A stretch of DNA of 64,000 bases, from NCBI GenBank assembly GCA_963769025.1, contig CAVYKI010000003.1, positions 576,001 to 640,000 on the forward strand, in the 5' to 3' direction. The notes below the pieces were generated by a model. That model was not told the DNA's origin and did not search any database. It saw only the letters and a program-made list of their open reading frames with translations. Within the stretch, counting starts at the first letter, position 1; each line of letters opens with the position of its first letter. Below are positions 44,785-54,803 of this stretch, piece by piece. Made by a program: the position numbers and the translations under genes. The stretch is from an uncultured Verrucomicrobiae bacterium (GTDB lineage Bacteria > Verrucomicrobiota > Verrucomicrobiia > Chthoniobacterales > Chthoniobacteraceae).

Positions 44785-46535
44785 TCAGCCTTCGAGGCTG
44801 CGGCTCTTGGTGACGAAGAGTCCCGCCGGCCGCCATTGGAGGAAGAGGATGATGCCCACGAGGACGAGGATCTTTCCGAGCACGGGATTGCGCAGGATTT
44901 GCTGCAGGCTCTGGTCGACCACGCCGATGCCGAGCGCGCTGACGACCGTGCCGATGATGTTGCCCACGCCGCCGACGACCACGGTCATGAAGGAATCGAC
45001 GATGTAGTTCTGGCCGAGGCCCGGGCCGACATTGCCGATCTGGCGAGAGGAACGCGCCGGCGAGACCCGCGAGGCCGCTGCCGAAGGCGAAGGTGAGCAT
45101 GTTCACCCGCTCGGTGCGCACGCCCATGCAGGCGGCCATCTGGCGGTTTTGCATGACGGCGCGGATGAGCAGGCCGAGCGGAGTTTTCGTGAGCAGCAGC
45201 GCAGGTGCCGAAGATGATGAGGACGGCGAAGCCGATGACGAAGACGCGGTTCCAGCCGAAGATGACGTCGTTGACGGTCCAGTTGCCGCTGAGAGCCAGC
45301 GCGGGCTGAATAGACCTGCACGTTGTTCGCGCCGAAGATGAGGCGGAAGAGCTGCTGCAGGACGAGCGAGACGCCCCAGGTGGCGAGGAGCGATTCCAGC
45401 GGACGGCGGTAGAGGAAGCGGATGACGCCGCGCTCCAGCGCGATGCCGACGAGCGCCGCGCATGAGGAAGCTGAGCGGGCAGCGCGACGAGGAAGTAGCA
45501 GTCGAGCGCGCTGCCGGTGAGGTCCATGCCGCCGGGACGGTGAATCGGCATGCCGAAGGGCGAGAAGTGCACGAGCCCGGCGCCGAAGATGCCCTGCACG
45601 ACGTAGGTCGTGTAGGCGCCGACGGCGATCAGTTCGCCGTGCGCCATATTGATCACGCCCATGAGGCCGAAGGTGATGGCGAGGCCGATGGCGACGACGA
45701 GCAGGATGGAGCCGAGCGAGATCCGCGGAAGCCGGTGCCGATCGCGTTGACCATCTTGACGTGCGATTCGACCGACTTCAGCGCGGCTTGCGCGGCCGTG
45801 ACCACCTCCGGCTCGCCTTCGCTGTCCTTGATGAGCTGCTTGAGAAAGTCGCGGCTCGGAATGGAGCCGAGCGCCTTCAGCTCGTTCACCGCGGCGATCT
45901 GCTCGGCGGGCTCCTCGGCCTTGAGCTGGATGAGCGCGACCGCCTCGCGGTACGGCGCGCAGGACCTTGGCGTCCTTCTCGGTCTTCTCCGCGGCGTCGC
46001 AACGCGCGGGAGCTTCTCCACATCCTGGGCCATGCCGAGCGTGCTGATGGCCTGGATGCGCTTCTCGCGGTCCGGGTCGAGCGAGCGCGAGAAGATCGAG
46101 CACGCGTCTTCATCGCGCCGCGGAGATTCGGAGTCGTGCTCCGCAGTATCGACATCGGCCGCGACGAGCCGCAGCGGCTTTCCGTCCGCGTCCTGAGCAG
46201 AGGCTTGCCGTCATCCACGCGGAACGCCGCCTGCGCGTCCTCGCCGTCCTTTTCCCCGCCGAGCGTGACCGGGATTTTCTGCTGCCGTCGCGCCTTGTAA
46301 ATGAAAATGCGCGTCCTCCTTCCACGCGTCGAGCAGCGCGCGGATGATCGAGTCATCCGCCCGGCCGATGAGGCTGCTGATGAGCGCGACCTTCTTCTCG
46401 TCGTCCTCTTCGACGAATCGCCTGCGCGATGATCTGCCGGGGCGACTGCACCTGCGCACGCAGCGAGGGGCCGGCAAGCAGGACGAGCAGGGTGATGAAT
46501 TGCAGGGCACGCGATGCGGCCGCAGAAAATGTCAT
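44785..46535 (-). CDS. urtB: Urea ABC transporter permease UrtB with N-terminal periplasmic extension (frameshifted; start approximate)
   Basis: [58 protein letters not shown]. Confidence 0.88.
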
Positions 46536-46548
46536 TGGGTTCGAGATG

Positions 46549-46580
46549 CGGGGCGGGTCCGTCATAGCGAACCCGCCCCG
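46549..46580. terminator. GC-rich hairpin between urtA and urtB (partial terminator or mRNA stabiliser)
   Basis: CGGGGCGGGT-N12-ACCCGCCCCG, 10-bp stem. Confidence 0.5.
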
Positions 46581-46628
46581 GCGATTTCGTGGCACGCGGG
46601 CTGTGGCGCCCGCGCGTGGAATGTTCGC

Positions 46629-47941
46629 TTACTTCTTCTTCGGCTTGGCTTCCGCCGTCTTGCCTTCCTTCGGCTTGAAGGTGCCCTTGAGGAAGGGCTC
46701 GCCGTAGACGTTCTCGTACGTCTTCAGGATCTTGAACTGTCCGTCGGCCTTGGTTTCGCCGATGTAGACGTTCTTCGTCAGGTGATGGTTCTTCTGCGTG
46801 GTGACCTTGCCGCCGGGGCCGTCGAAGCTGATGCCGCTTTCAAGCGCGGCGACGACCTTGTCCACGTCGAAGCTCTTCGGCCTTCTCGACCGCGGCTTTC
46901 CAGAGGTAGACGCCGTCGTAGCTCAGCACCATCGGCGAGCAGGTCACGCGGCCTTCCTTCACGATGCCGGGGACCGTGCGTCGTCTTCAGCCAGGCCTGG
47001 AAGTCGGCGACGAACTTCTTGTTCGCCGGCGACTTGATCGACTGGAAGTAGGTCCAGCAGCCGAGCTGGCCGACGAGCTGCTTGGCCGGGCAGGCCGCGG
47101 AATTCATCTTCCGAGATCGAGAAGCGAAACGACCGGGCAGGTCTCGGCGGTGAGACCGGCGGCGGCGTATTCCTTGAAGAACGGCACGTTGGTGTCGCCG
47201 TTGAGCGTGCTGATGACGCAGGCCTTGCCGCCGGCGGCGAACTGTTTGATCTCCGCGACGATCTGCTGGTAGTCGGTGTGGCCGAAGGGCGTGTATTTGC
47301 CCGCGGAGATGATCTTGCCGGACTCGTCCTTCTTGAAGCCGCCGCCGATGTTTTCGAGCGGCACGCCCTTGCTCAGGAGATACTCGAGCAGCACGAGGTT
47401 CGTGGTCTGCGGATAGACGTAGTCGCTGCCGAGCAGGTAGAACTTCTTCTTGCCCTGCGCGAGGTAGTAGTCCACCGCCGGCGTGGCCTGCTGGTTCACG
47501 GCTTCGGCGGTGTAGAAGATGTTCTTGGAGAGCTTCTTCGCCCTCGTATTGCACGGGGTAGAAGAGCAGGCCGTTGTTCTTCTCGAACACGGGCAGCACG
47601 GACTTGCGGCACACCGAGGTCCAGCAGCCGAAGGTCACCGCGACCTTGTCCTGCTCGAGGAGCTGCTTCGCCTTTTCGGCGAAGAGCGGCCAGTTCGAGG
47701 CGCCGTCGACGACGACGGGCTCGATCTTCTTGCCCATCACGCCGCCCTTGGCGTTGATTTCGTCGAAGGTGAAGAGCAGGACGTCGCGGAGCGAAGTCTC
47801 CGAGATGGCCATGGTGCCGCTGAGGGAGTGGAGGACGCCGACCTTGACGGTGTCCTGCGCCGTGGCGACCTGCAGGGTCGCGGCGCAAAGGCCGGCGACG
47901 AGGATGGCAGGCCGGAGGGTGTTGGTTAGTTTGCTGAGCAT
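46629..47941 (-). CDS. urtA: Urea ABC transporter substrate-binding protein UrtA (frameshifted)
   Basis: [49 protein letters not shown]. Confidence 0.93.
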
Positions 47942-48122
47942 GTTGGTTGTTTTCGGGTTCGGTTGTTACGTGCGTGAGTCGTGAGGTTCGGGCGCTGGCG
48001 GCGCGAAGCAGCGCTCCGGAAATCCGGGGGCTGCGAAGCGTGCTGTTACTTTCTGCTCATGTCCTTTTCGCTCGTGGTTGGATTGGGTTTTTGGCGCCTG
48101 GTGGACGCTCGCCTCGCGGCTT

Positions 48123-48138
48123 AGCACGGTGCATGCCA
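48123..48138 (-). promoter_or_regulatory. Sigma-54 (-24/-12) promoter candidate for the urt-ure operon
   Basis: Minus strand TGGCATGCACCGTGCT with exact GG-N10-GC spacing, about 180 nt upstream of urtA. Confidence 0.65.
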
Positions 48139-48523
48139 GCGCATTGTTCCGGGAGCTTTCCGAAGTCATCCGCGACGCGCTCAACAGATTGGAAAGCGCG
48201 GGAATTTTTTCTCGCGCCGCGTGAAACGGAGCGGACCTCCCCCACTTCGGCGGCTCCTCCCGAGTGAACAATATTTGTCGGTGTGGCTGATTCACCACAC
48301 ACCTCCCGGAGTGCTGGCGAAAACCCAGCACCTCCTCGCGAAGCTGCAATCCACAACCCGATCTCCGTCGGCTCCTACTGCGGCAGAGCGCCCTTCCAAG
48401 GCACCGCCCGGAATTTCAAGTTGAGCCCGGGCACCCATTCACCGAAGCAGTAGCTCATCCGCCGCCCATCGTTCCCTCCCGGGCATCGCCAAAAGGCGCG
48501 GGATAATTCCATCGCCATCACCC

Positions 48524-48997
48524 GTGCCCGGCCGCCGCACAATCCCACTCAAACGAATCGCGATGTGCTATCTCTTCGACGTGCTGCCCACGATTGGAAA
48601 AATTTGCGGCATCACCGGCCCGGCGACCAGCGAGGGCATCGACTTCAGTGCCACGCTCCGCGATCCCGCAAAGCCCGCGCGCAGCGAGATGATGTTCGCC
48701 TACCGCAACGTCCAGCGCGCCATCCGCGACGACCGATGGAAGCTCATCCGCTACCCGCAGGTGGACAGGACGCAGCTCTTCGACCTTCAGGCCGACCCGC
48801 AGGAAATCACGAACCTCGCCGACAAGCCCGAGCACGCCGCCAAGGTCGCCGAACTGACTGCACTCCTCGAGAAAGCGCAGCAACAGTTCGGAGACACCGC
48901 GCCGCTCAAGGTCGCCAGCCCCAAGCCCGCCGAGTGGACACCGCCGGCAAAACCCGCGAAGCGCGTGAAGCAAGCCGAGGTGCCGGGCAGCCAATAG
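48524..48997 (+). pseudogene. 5'-truncated sulfatase (C-terminal fragment)
   Basis: YLFDVLPT, AIRDDRWKLI, QLFDLQADPQEITNL; no N-terminal catalytic region upstream. Confidence 0.7.
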
Positions 48998-49010
48998 GAT
49001 GCCTGCCGCG

Positions 49011-49031
49011 AAGCGCGGGCCTCGCGCTTTT
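49011..49031 (+). terminator. Intrinsic terminator-like hairpin
   Basis: AAGCGCG-GGCCT-CGCGCTT running into a short T tract, just after the sulfatase fragment. Confidence 0.45.
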
Positions 49032-49072
49032 CACGACGCGCAGCTCCATCGCGCAACTCTCCGACACCCGCG

Positions 49073-49357
49073 CTAGGCCGGCACGCCGAAGCGGTGATTC
49101 GCCTCGGCCCGGTCGATGCCGAGCGACCGGCAAAGATGGTTGCCGGTGAGGATGCCGGCGGCGGTCTTGAGCATTTTGTCAAAGTCCGCCTTCGGCAATG
49201 CGGTGCCCTGGTGGAGCACCTCCTTGATCTTGAATCCGCGCTCGAGGAGCTGCGTGAGGAACTCCTCACACGTCACGGGATCGTCCGTCAGGTAGTGGTG
49301 CGACTGCTCGTGGCCGTGGAAGGGAATGGCATATTCGACTTTGTATTTTGCGAGCAT
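49073..49357 (-). CDS. Small hypothetical protein
   Basis: MLAKYKVEYAIP...; A/C-rich leader and codon usage like neighbouring genes. Confidence 0.65.
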   Translation of the reverse strand: MLAKYKVEYAIPFHGHEQSHHYLTDDPVTCEEFLTQLLERGFKIKEVLHQGTALPKADFDKMLKTAAGILTGNHLCRSLGIDRAEANHRFGVPA

Positions 49358-49555
49358 GGGATTGGTGGGGTTGAGGTTTGATTTTGGCGCATCCACCGCC
49401 GGGGTCGCGAGCCTCTGCAAGGCCGTGCCGCAATCGGGGAGGATGTTCGGTTCATGGGGAGCCTTTCTTCCATAAAGGACCATACATTCGGGCACCGGTC
49501 GAGGCTGCGCGGCACTTGCCCAACGCTGGGCGAATCTTGCGCGGTCGCCGTCCTC

Positions 49556-50389
49556 TCAGCCTGTGCGCCATGCGGTGCGACGGAGAAATTGCCGGCCGCG
49601 CCGGGCGCCCTCGAGAATCTGCCCCGGTTCGCCGTGCCCGGCGATTTCCATCATGAGCGAGCCGCGAAAGTCGTGCTTTCGCAGGAGTCCGAGGACGTGT
49701 GGCCACGGGACCGCGCCCTGCCCTGGCGGAAGGTGGTCGTCGTGTTGCCCGTGGTTGTCGCTCGCGTGGAGCATGCAGAGATGGTGCGAGAGTTTCTGCA
49801 CCGCGGTGTCGAGCTCGCCGGCGAGGTGCGCGTGGCCGGTGTCCAGGCACACGCCCGCATCGGTGACGGACATCGCGCCGAGGATCCAGAGCATGTCGGC
49901 GGTGTTCCCGAAAAGGAGGTGCGGGAGCTTGTTTTCGAGCACGCAGCGGATGCCGAGCCGGTTGCAGTGCGCGGCGACTTCGCTCAGCGAATGGGCGACG
50001 TTCTCGAGCCGCTGCACGCGCTCGTCGCCGTGCGGGAGGCGGCCGCGTTCCGGGCCCGGATGAATCACAAAGTGCCGGACTCCGAGCACCGCCGCAGCCT
50101 CCGCGGCAGTGATCACTTCGCGGACGGACGCGGAGCGCTGTCCGGCGTCGAGCGAGCTGATGTCGATGTGCTCGGCAAATGGGGCATGGAAAGAGTAGGC
50201 ACTGATGCCGAGTGCATCGAGGCGCTCCGCGACCCGACGCACGCAGGCGATGTCATGGTAGTCGAGGTGCGCGGGGAACGAGCAAATCTCCACGAGGCTG
50301 AAGCCACCCGCGAGGATGGCATCAAGGCAGTCAAAGATGCTCTTCCGGTAGAAACAGCCGGTTGAGAGGCCGACGGGCCAGTCGCTCAT
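49556..50389 (-). CDS. Sugar phosphate isomerase/epimerase family (AP_endonuc_2 TIM barrel)
   Basis: FHAPF, VIHPG, LEN, CLDTGHAHL, HASDN, DDHLPPGQG, MEI metal-ligand motifs. Confidence 0.85.
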   Translation of the reverse strand: MSDWPVGLSTGCFYRKSIFDCLDAILAGGFSLVEICSFPAHLDYHDIACVRRVAERLDALGISAYSFHAPFAEHIDISSLDAGQRSASVREVITAAEAAAVLGVRHFVIHPGPERGRLPHGDERVQRLENVAHSLSEVAAHCNRLGIRCVLENKLPHLLFGNTADMLWILGAMSVTDAGVCLDTGHAHLAGELDTAVQKLSHHLCMLHASDNHGQHDDHLPPGQGAVPWPHVLGLLRKHDFRGSLMMEIAGHGEPGQILEGARRGRQFLRRTAWRTG

Positions 50390-51797
50390 GTTTTCTCCTT
50401 TCCAAGAGTGAACTGCGGAAACGCAGCAGGTTTTCGTTGCAGTGCTCGACAAAGCAGATGCCCTCCTCGCGGGCCGACGTGCAGTTGAAATCGACGAGGT
50501 CATCCACCCCGGCGAAGAAGAGACCCGCAAAGACGCGGGCGAAGAAATCGGCGCGCGTCGCGGGATCGTAGCCGCGCCATTGGTCGCCCCATCCGTGGTC
50601 GCGTTCGTATTTCGAGCGCAGCAGCCCGGCGATGTGCCGCGGATGCCATCCGAGCGCGAGCAGCACGCGAACGACGCGCTGCGCGCAGCCGGGCCGGAGC
50701 AGCAGGTCGTTGGGACGTTCGAGGATTGTGCGCGAGCATGGCGAGAGCGCCTCCAGCGGGAGCGTGTCGTACGTCTCGGGCCACAGCGCCGGGGCCTCGT
50801 GCTCGGTGGAGTAAAATTCCGCGTGAAACGCCGCCAGCCGCGAACGGCGGTAGGCCCCGACAAGCTGCTGCATCGGCAACGAGGCATCGGGGATCTTCGT
50901 CGTGGACGTCGCCGCCAGCGAGGCGGCGGCGGCCGGGTCGTGCCGGACCGCGAGCGCCTCCGCGACAGTGAGGCCGCCACTGGGGATGACCACGAAGGGC
51001 CGGATCCGGCGGACGAGCTCGTCGCCGATGTCGGCACGCTGCTGGTCGGGTTTCAGATAGACGCTGAACGGGACGCGGATCACGCGCGAGCAAAGCGGGT
51101 CGGCATACTCCGTGATGTCCACGGAGATCATCTCGCGGCCGTGCGGGCCGCGACCGGTCTCGATCGCGCCGAGTTCCACCGGGAGTTCGCACTTGGGCGC
51201 GGCGCGCCGCTTGATCTCGTGGGCGAGGAATTCGATCACCAGGCCGAGCCCGGCGAAGGCAGCCCCGAGTTCCGGGGTGACATGCTCGCCCGTCGGCGCG
51301 CACTCGGTCGCGTAGAGGCGCTTGAGCGAAGCGGAGACATGGCCGAGATCCGCGAGTTCCCTGAACGCCGCGCAGTCGCGGGTGATGCGCCACACGAGGT
51401 GGTAGCCGCGGCCGGTCATGAGCCTGAGCGGTTGAATGCCATGCGAACCGAGCACCTCCGCAGCCGCGGCAATCACCGACTCCTGAAGGGCGAAGATGCG
51501 TTCCTCGTTCAGGAACGGATACGCCGGATCGTCGAAATTCACGTACTCGGTGTCGAGGTGGCAGATGAGCGATTCGCGATCCCACAGCGAGCGGTTCAGC
51601 TCGACGCCACGGTCCATCCAGCTCCGCAACTCATCGACCGGCAGCGCCTCCCGGTGGCGTGATCCGTCCTCCGTGCCGACCGCGAGAAACACGGCAGGGC
51701 GCTCGTCGTGCGCGGCTTCCCCGAAGAATTCGCAAATCCGCGCGCGCACATTCTCGTCGCGGCAAAACGCGTGTCGGGCTTCGGGTGTGAAGTTCAT
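50331..51797 (-). CDS. Hypothetical protein with archaeo-eukaryotic primase-like motifs and Cys-rich PriL-like C-terminus
   Basis: HLDTEY, MTGRGYHLVW, ISVD...RVIRVPFS; C-terminal SPC ... FNC...GIC...C. Confidence 0.55.
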   Translation of the reverse strand: MNFTPEARHAFCRDENVRARICEFFGEAAHDERPAVFLAVGTEDGSRHREALPVDELRSWMDRGVELNRSLWDRESLICHLDTEYVNFDDPAYPFLNEERIFALQESVIAAAAEVLGSHGIQPLRLMTGRGYHLVWRITRDCAAFRELADLGHVSASLKRLYATECAPTGEHVTPELGAAFAGLGLVIEFLAHEIKRRAAPKCELPVELGAIETGRGPHGREMISVDITEYADPLCSRVIRVPFSVYLKPDQQRADIGDELVRRIRPFVVIPSGGLTVAEALAVRHDPAAAASLAATSTTKIPDASLPMQQLVGAYRRSRLAAFHAEFYSTEHEAPALWPETYDTLPLEALSPCSRTILERPNDLLLRPGCAQRVVRVLLALGWHPRHIAGLLRSKYERDHGWGDQWRGYDPATRADFFARVFAGLFFAGVDDLVDFNCTSAREEGICFVEHCNENLLRFRSSLLERRKHERLARRPLNRLFLPEEHL

Positions 51798-52032
51798 GGC
51801 TCGGTTTTCCCTGCGGGTGGCCGGGTTTTTCCGGCGCCCCAGGCGGGAGTTCTTCCCATTGAAATGTAGGCGCGCTGGTTTGCGGCGTCTTTGCGTTTCT
51901 TGCCCGAAAACGCCCGCAGCTTGGCGCACAAGATGCCCGCCCCTCGCGCTCCGGCGAAATCGGGAGCCGGCTCAGAATTTTGACAAGCGCCGTATTGCGT
52001 CGCTCGATAAACACGGCGATACTGGCTGCGCA

Positions 52033-53166
52033 ATGAACGATCTCGGCAACCCGATGCCCACCGCCAATCCCGCGAAGCCCAAGCCCGACACTTCGGCATG
52101 GAAGGCAATTGTCCTCAAATATCAGGAGCCCTCGCTGCCGCGTGCAATCTGGCAGCTGGTGAACACGCTCGGCCCCTACGCCTTTCTGTGGTACCTGATG
52201 TATTGGAGCCTCTCGGTCTCCTACTGGCTCACGGCCGCTTTCGCGATCCTCGCCGGAATGTTCCTCGTCCGCATCTTCATCATCTTCCACGACTGCGGGC
52301 ATGGCTCCTTCTTCAGATCGCGGCTCGCCAACGACGTTGTGGGTTTCATCACCGGAGTGCTGACGCTCACCCCGTACTACCACTGGCGCTGGGAGCATTC
52401 CATCCACCACGCCAGCGCGGGACACCTGGATCGCCGCGGCACGGGAGACGTCTGGACGATGACCGTGGAGGAATACCTGAGGTCGTCGCGCTGGAAGCGC
52501 TTCGCGTACCGGCTCGCGCGGAACCCGTTCGTGCTTTTCGGCATCGCGCCGATCTACCTGTTCGTGATCTCGCAGCGTTTTTACGTCTCCAAGGCCAGCC
52601 CGCGCGAACGCTGGTCGGTCCGCTGGATGAACCTCGCGGTCCTCGGCGTCGCCGTGGCGCTCAGCGCGGCATTTTCGATCGGCCACGGCTGGGCCGTCGG
52701 GATCACGGCCTACCTCCTCATTCATCTGACCATCGTCATGGTGGGCGGCGGCGTGGGCATCTGGATGTTCTACGTGCAGCACCAGTTTGAGGACGTTTAT
52801 TGGGAGCGGGAGGAGAACTGGGACTTCACGGCGGCCGCGCTCGAGGGCAGCTCCTTCTACAAGCTGCCGAAGATCCTCCAGTGGTTCTCGGGGAACATCG
52901 GATTCCATCACATCCACCACCTCAGCCCGAGGATTCCCAACTACAACCTCGAGCGGTGCCACAAGGCCGACCCGCTGTTCCAGGACGTGAAGGCGATCAC
53001 CTTTTTCTCGAGCCTCAAGTCGCTCACCTACCGCCTGTGGGACGAGCAAAAGCGGAAGCTGGTGGGCTTCGGTCACATCAGGCACCAGCCGAGAAAGCGC
53101 GACACCAGTCCGGCCGAGAAGCAGCCGGTCGAGACTCGCGGAGAGACATCCCCGAAGGAGCGCTGA
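52033..53166 (+). CDS. Membrane fatty acid desaturase
   Basis: His boxes HDCGH, HSIHH, HHIHH; FYVQHQFE. Confidence 0.93.
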   Translation: MNDLGNPMPTANPAKPKPDTSAWKAIVLKYQEPSLPRAIWQLVNTLGPYAFLWYLMYWSLSVSYWLTAAFAILAGMFLVRIFIIFHDCGHGSFFRSRLANDVVGFITGVLTLTPYYHWRWEHSIHHASAGHLDRRGTGDVWTMTVEEYLRSSRWKRFAYRLARNPFVLFGIAPIYLFVISQRFYVSKASPRERWSVRWMNLAVLGVAVALSAAFSIGHGWAVGITAYLLIHLTIVMVGGGVGIWMFYVQHQFEDVYWEREENWDFTAAALEGSSFYKLPKILQWFSGNIGFHHIHHLSPRIPNYNLERCHKADPLFQDVKAITFFSSLKSLTYRLWDEQKRKLVGFGHIRHQPRKRDTSPAEKQPVETRGETSPKER

Positions 53167-53265
53167 ACGGCTCGCTCCACGGATGGAGCTGGCGGGCAAC
53201 TGGCGGGGGATTATCGGCAAATGCGGAGATGCGCGGGATGCTGAACGGGCGTAGGCTTCCCTGCC

Positions 53266-53961
53266 ATGAAAACGAATGGTCTCTCCCTGGAGGCGCCCTT
53301 GCGCGACGGGGTGAATGCGAACGTGCAGATCCCGATTGGCGCGGTGACGCTGATGGGCGAATTGCAGATCCCCGAGGATGCCGCGGGGCTCGTGATTTTT
53401 GCACACGGGAGCGGCAGCAGCCGGCACAGCCCGCGAAACCAATACGTCGCCCGCGTGCTGCGGGAAGCCGGCACGGGGACGCTCCTTTTTGACCTGCTCA
53501 CGGCAGAGGAGGAAGCCATGGACGACCGCACCGGGGAATTGCGGTTCGACATTCGCTTCCTCGCCAGGCGGCTCGTAGCGGCCACGCGTTGCGTGAGCTC
53601 GTACGCAGAGGCGCAGCGGCTCCCTGTCGGCTATTTCGGATCCAGCACCGGTGGTGCGGCCGCGCTGATGGCCGCTGCGGAGCCCGGCTCCGAAGCGCAG
53701 GCGGTGGTGTCGCGCGGAGGGCGCCCGGACCTCGCGGGCGATGCGCTGCCGCTCGTCAAGGCGCCGACGCTCCTCATCGTCGGCGGGGACGACCGGGAAG
53801 TGCTGCAACTCAATGAGGAAGCCTACGTGCAGCTGCGCTGCGAAAGGCGGCTCGAAGTCGTGCCCCGGGCGACGCACCTCTTCGAGGAGGACGGCGCGCT
53901 CGAAAAAGTTGCGCGGCTCGCGGCCGCGTGGTTTCGGCAACACTTTGAGAAACGACGATGA
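53266..53961 (+). CDS. Alpha/beta hydrolase (dienelactone hydrolase-like)
   Basis: FAHGSGSSRHSPRN, YFGSSTG, VSRGGRPDLAG, ATHLFEE. Confidence 0.9.
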   Translation: MKTNGLSLEAPLRDGVNANVQIPIGAVTLMGELQIPEDAAGLVIFAHGSGSSRHSPRNQYVARVLREAGTGTLLFDLLTAEEEAMDDRTGELRFDIRFLARRLVAATRCVSSYAEAQRLPVGYFGSSTGGAAALMAAAEPGSEAQAVVSRGGRPDLAGDALPLVKAPTLLIVGGDDREVLQLNEEAYVQLRCERRLEVVPRATHLFEEDGALEKVARLAAAWFRQHFEKRR

Positions 53962-54623
53962 ACGGGCGATTCCATGATCGCGTGGAGGCAGGCCGGTTGC
54001 TCGCGGAAAAGCTTGGCCAGTATGCGAACCGGCCCGGCGTGCTGGTGCTCGGGCTCCCGCGCGGCGGCGTGCCGGTCGCCGCGCAGGTGGCGCAGGAACT
54101 GAACGCACCGCTCGACGTTTTCGTGGTTCGCAAGCTCGGCACGCCCGGCAACGAGGAACTGGCGATGGGCGCCATCGCGACGGGCGGCGTCCGTGTGCTG
54201 AATCCGCAGGTCGTGGATTCGCTGCACATCCCGGACGGGGTCATCGACGGAGTCGAGGCGCGCGAGCAGCGCGAACTTCATCGCCGCGAGCAGGCCTATC
54301 GCGACGGTCGCCCGACGCCGGAGGTGGAAGGCAGGACTGTCATCGTGGTCGATGACGGCATTGCCACCGGTTCGACGATGTTCGCCGCCATCGCCGCGCT
54401 GCGGATGCTGAATGCCGGCCGCATCGTCGTGGCGGTGCCGACAGTCGCGGCCGACACCTTTGCAGCGATCGACCGGGAGGTGGACGAAATGGTGGCGGTG
54501 ATCGTCCCGGAAGATTTCCGGGGAGTCGGGCAATGGTATGAGGACTTCTCGCAAACGACCGACGAGGAGGTCCGCCAGATTTTGGCCGGGACCGAAACGC
54601 GGATTCGCGGCGCGAATCGATAA
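53958..54623 (+). CDS. Phosphoribosyltransferase family protein
   Basis: LPRGGVPVA, VVDDGIATGST, VGQWYEDF. Confidence 0.92.
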   Translation: MNGRFHDRVEAGRLLAEKLGQYANRPGVLVLGLPRGGVPVAAQVAQELNAPLDVFVVRKLGTPGNEELAMGAIATGGVRVLNPQVVDSLHIPDGVIDGVEAREQRELHRREQAYRDGRPTPEVEGRTVIVVDDGIATGSTMFAAIAALRMLNAGRIVVAVPTVAADTFAAIDREVDEMVAVIVPEDFRGVGQWYEDFSQTTDEEVRQILAGTETRIRGANR

Positions 54624-54787
54624 AGCCACGGGCAGAAATGCGCTGGCAAGCCGTCCGCACTTTGGACCGGGGATGTGTGAGAACGGCCACGCCGGCTGGC
54701 CATTCTTGCGCACGGTGAACGCGTTCCCTCAGGCCGGCGCTCACGCGTTCCGCAGCTCTCCTCTGGCAAATGCTCCATCCGGCTGTT

Positions 54788-54803
54788 TGGCACTGACTTT
54801 GCT
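54788..54803 (+). promoter_or_regulatory. Sigma-54 (-24/-12) promoter for the ABC/carboxylase operon
   Basis: TGGCACTGACTTTGCT matches the TGGCAC-N5-TTGCW consensus. Confidence 0.8.

Noticed and set aside
45740..46535. Long N-terminal extension of UrtB as a novelty
   Set aside because: Extended UrtB permeases with a periplasmic N-terminal region are common in urt operons.
51922..51937. Sigma-54-like box TGGCGCACAAGATGCC upstream of the desaturase
   Set aside because: Spacing is correct but the match is weaker, and such matches arise by chance in high-GC DNA.
19120..54108. Long antisense or alternative-frame ORFs (e.g. 19120-21300 -, 28153-30456 +, 51631-54108 -)
   Set aside because: These are shadow ORFs of high-GC genes: R/A/G-rich, without motifs, and opposite well-supported CDSs.
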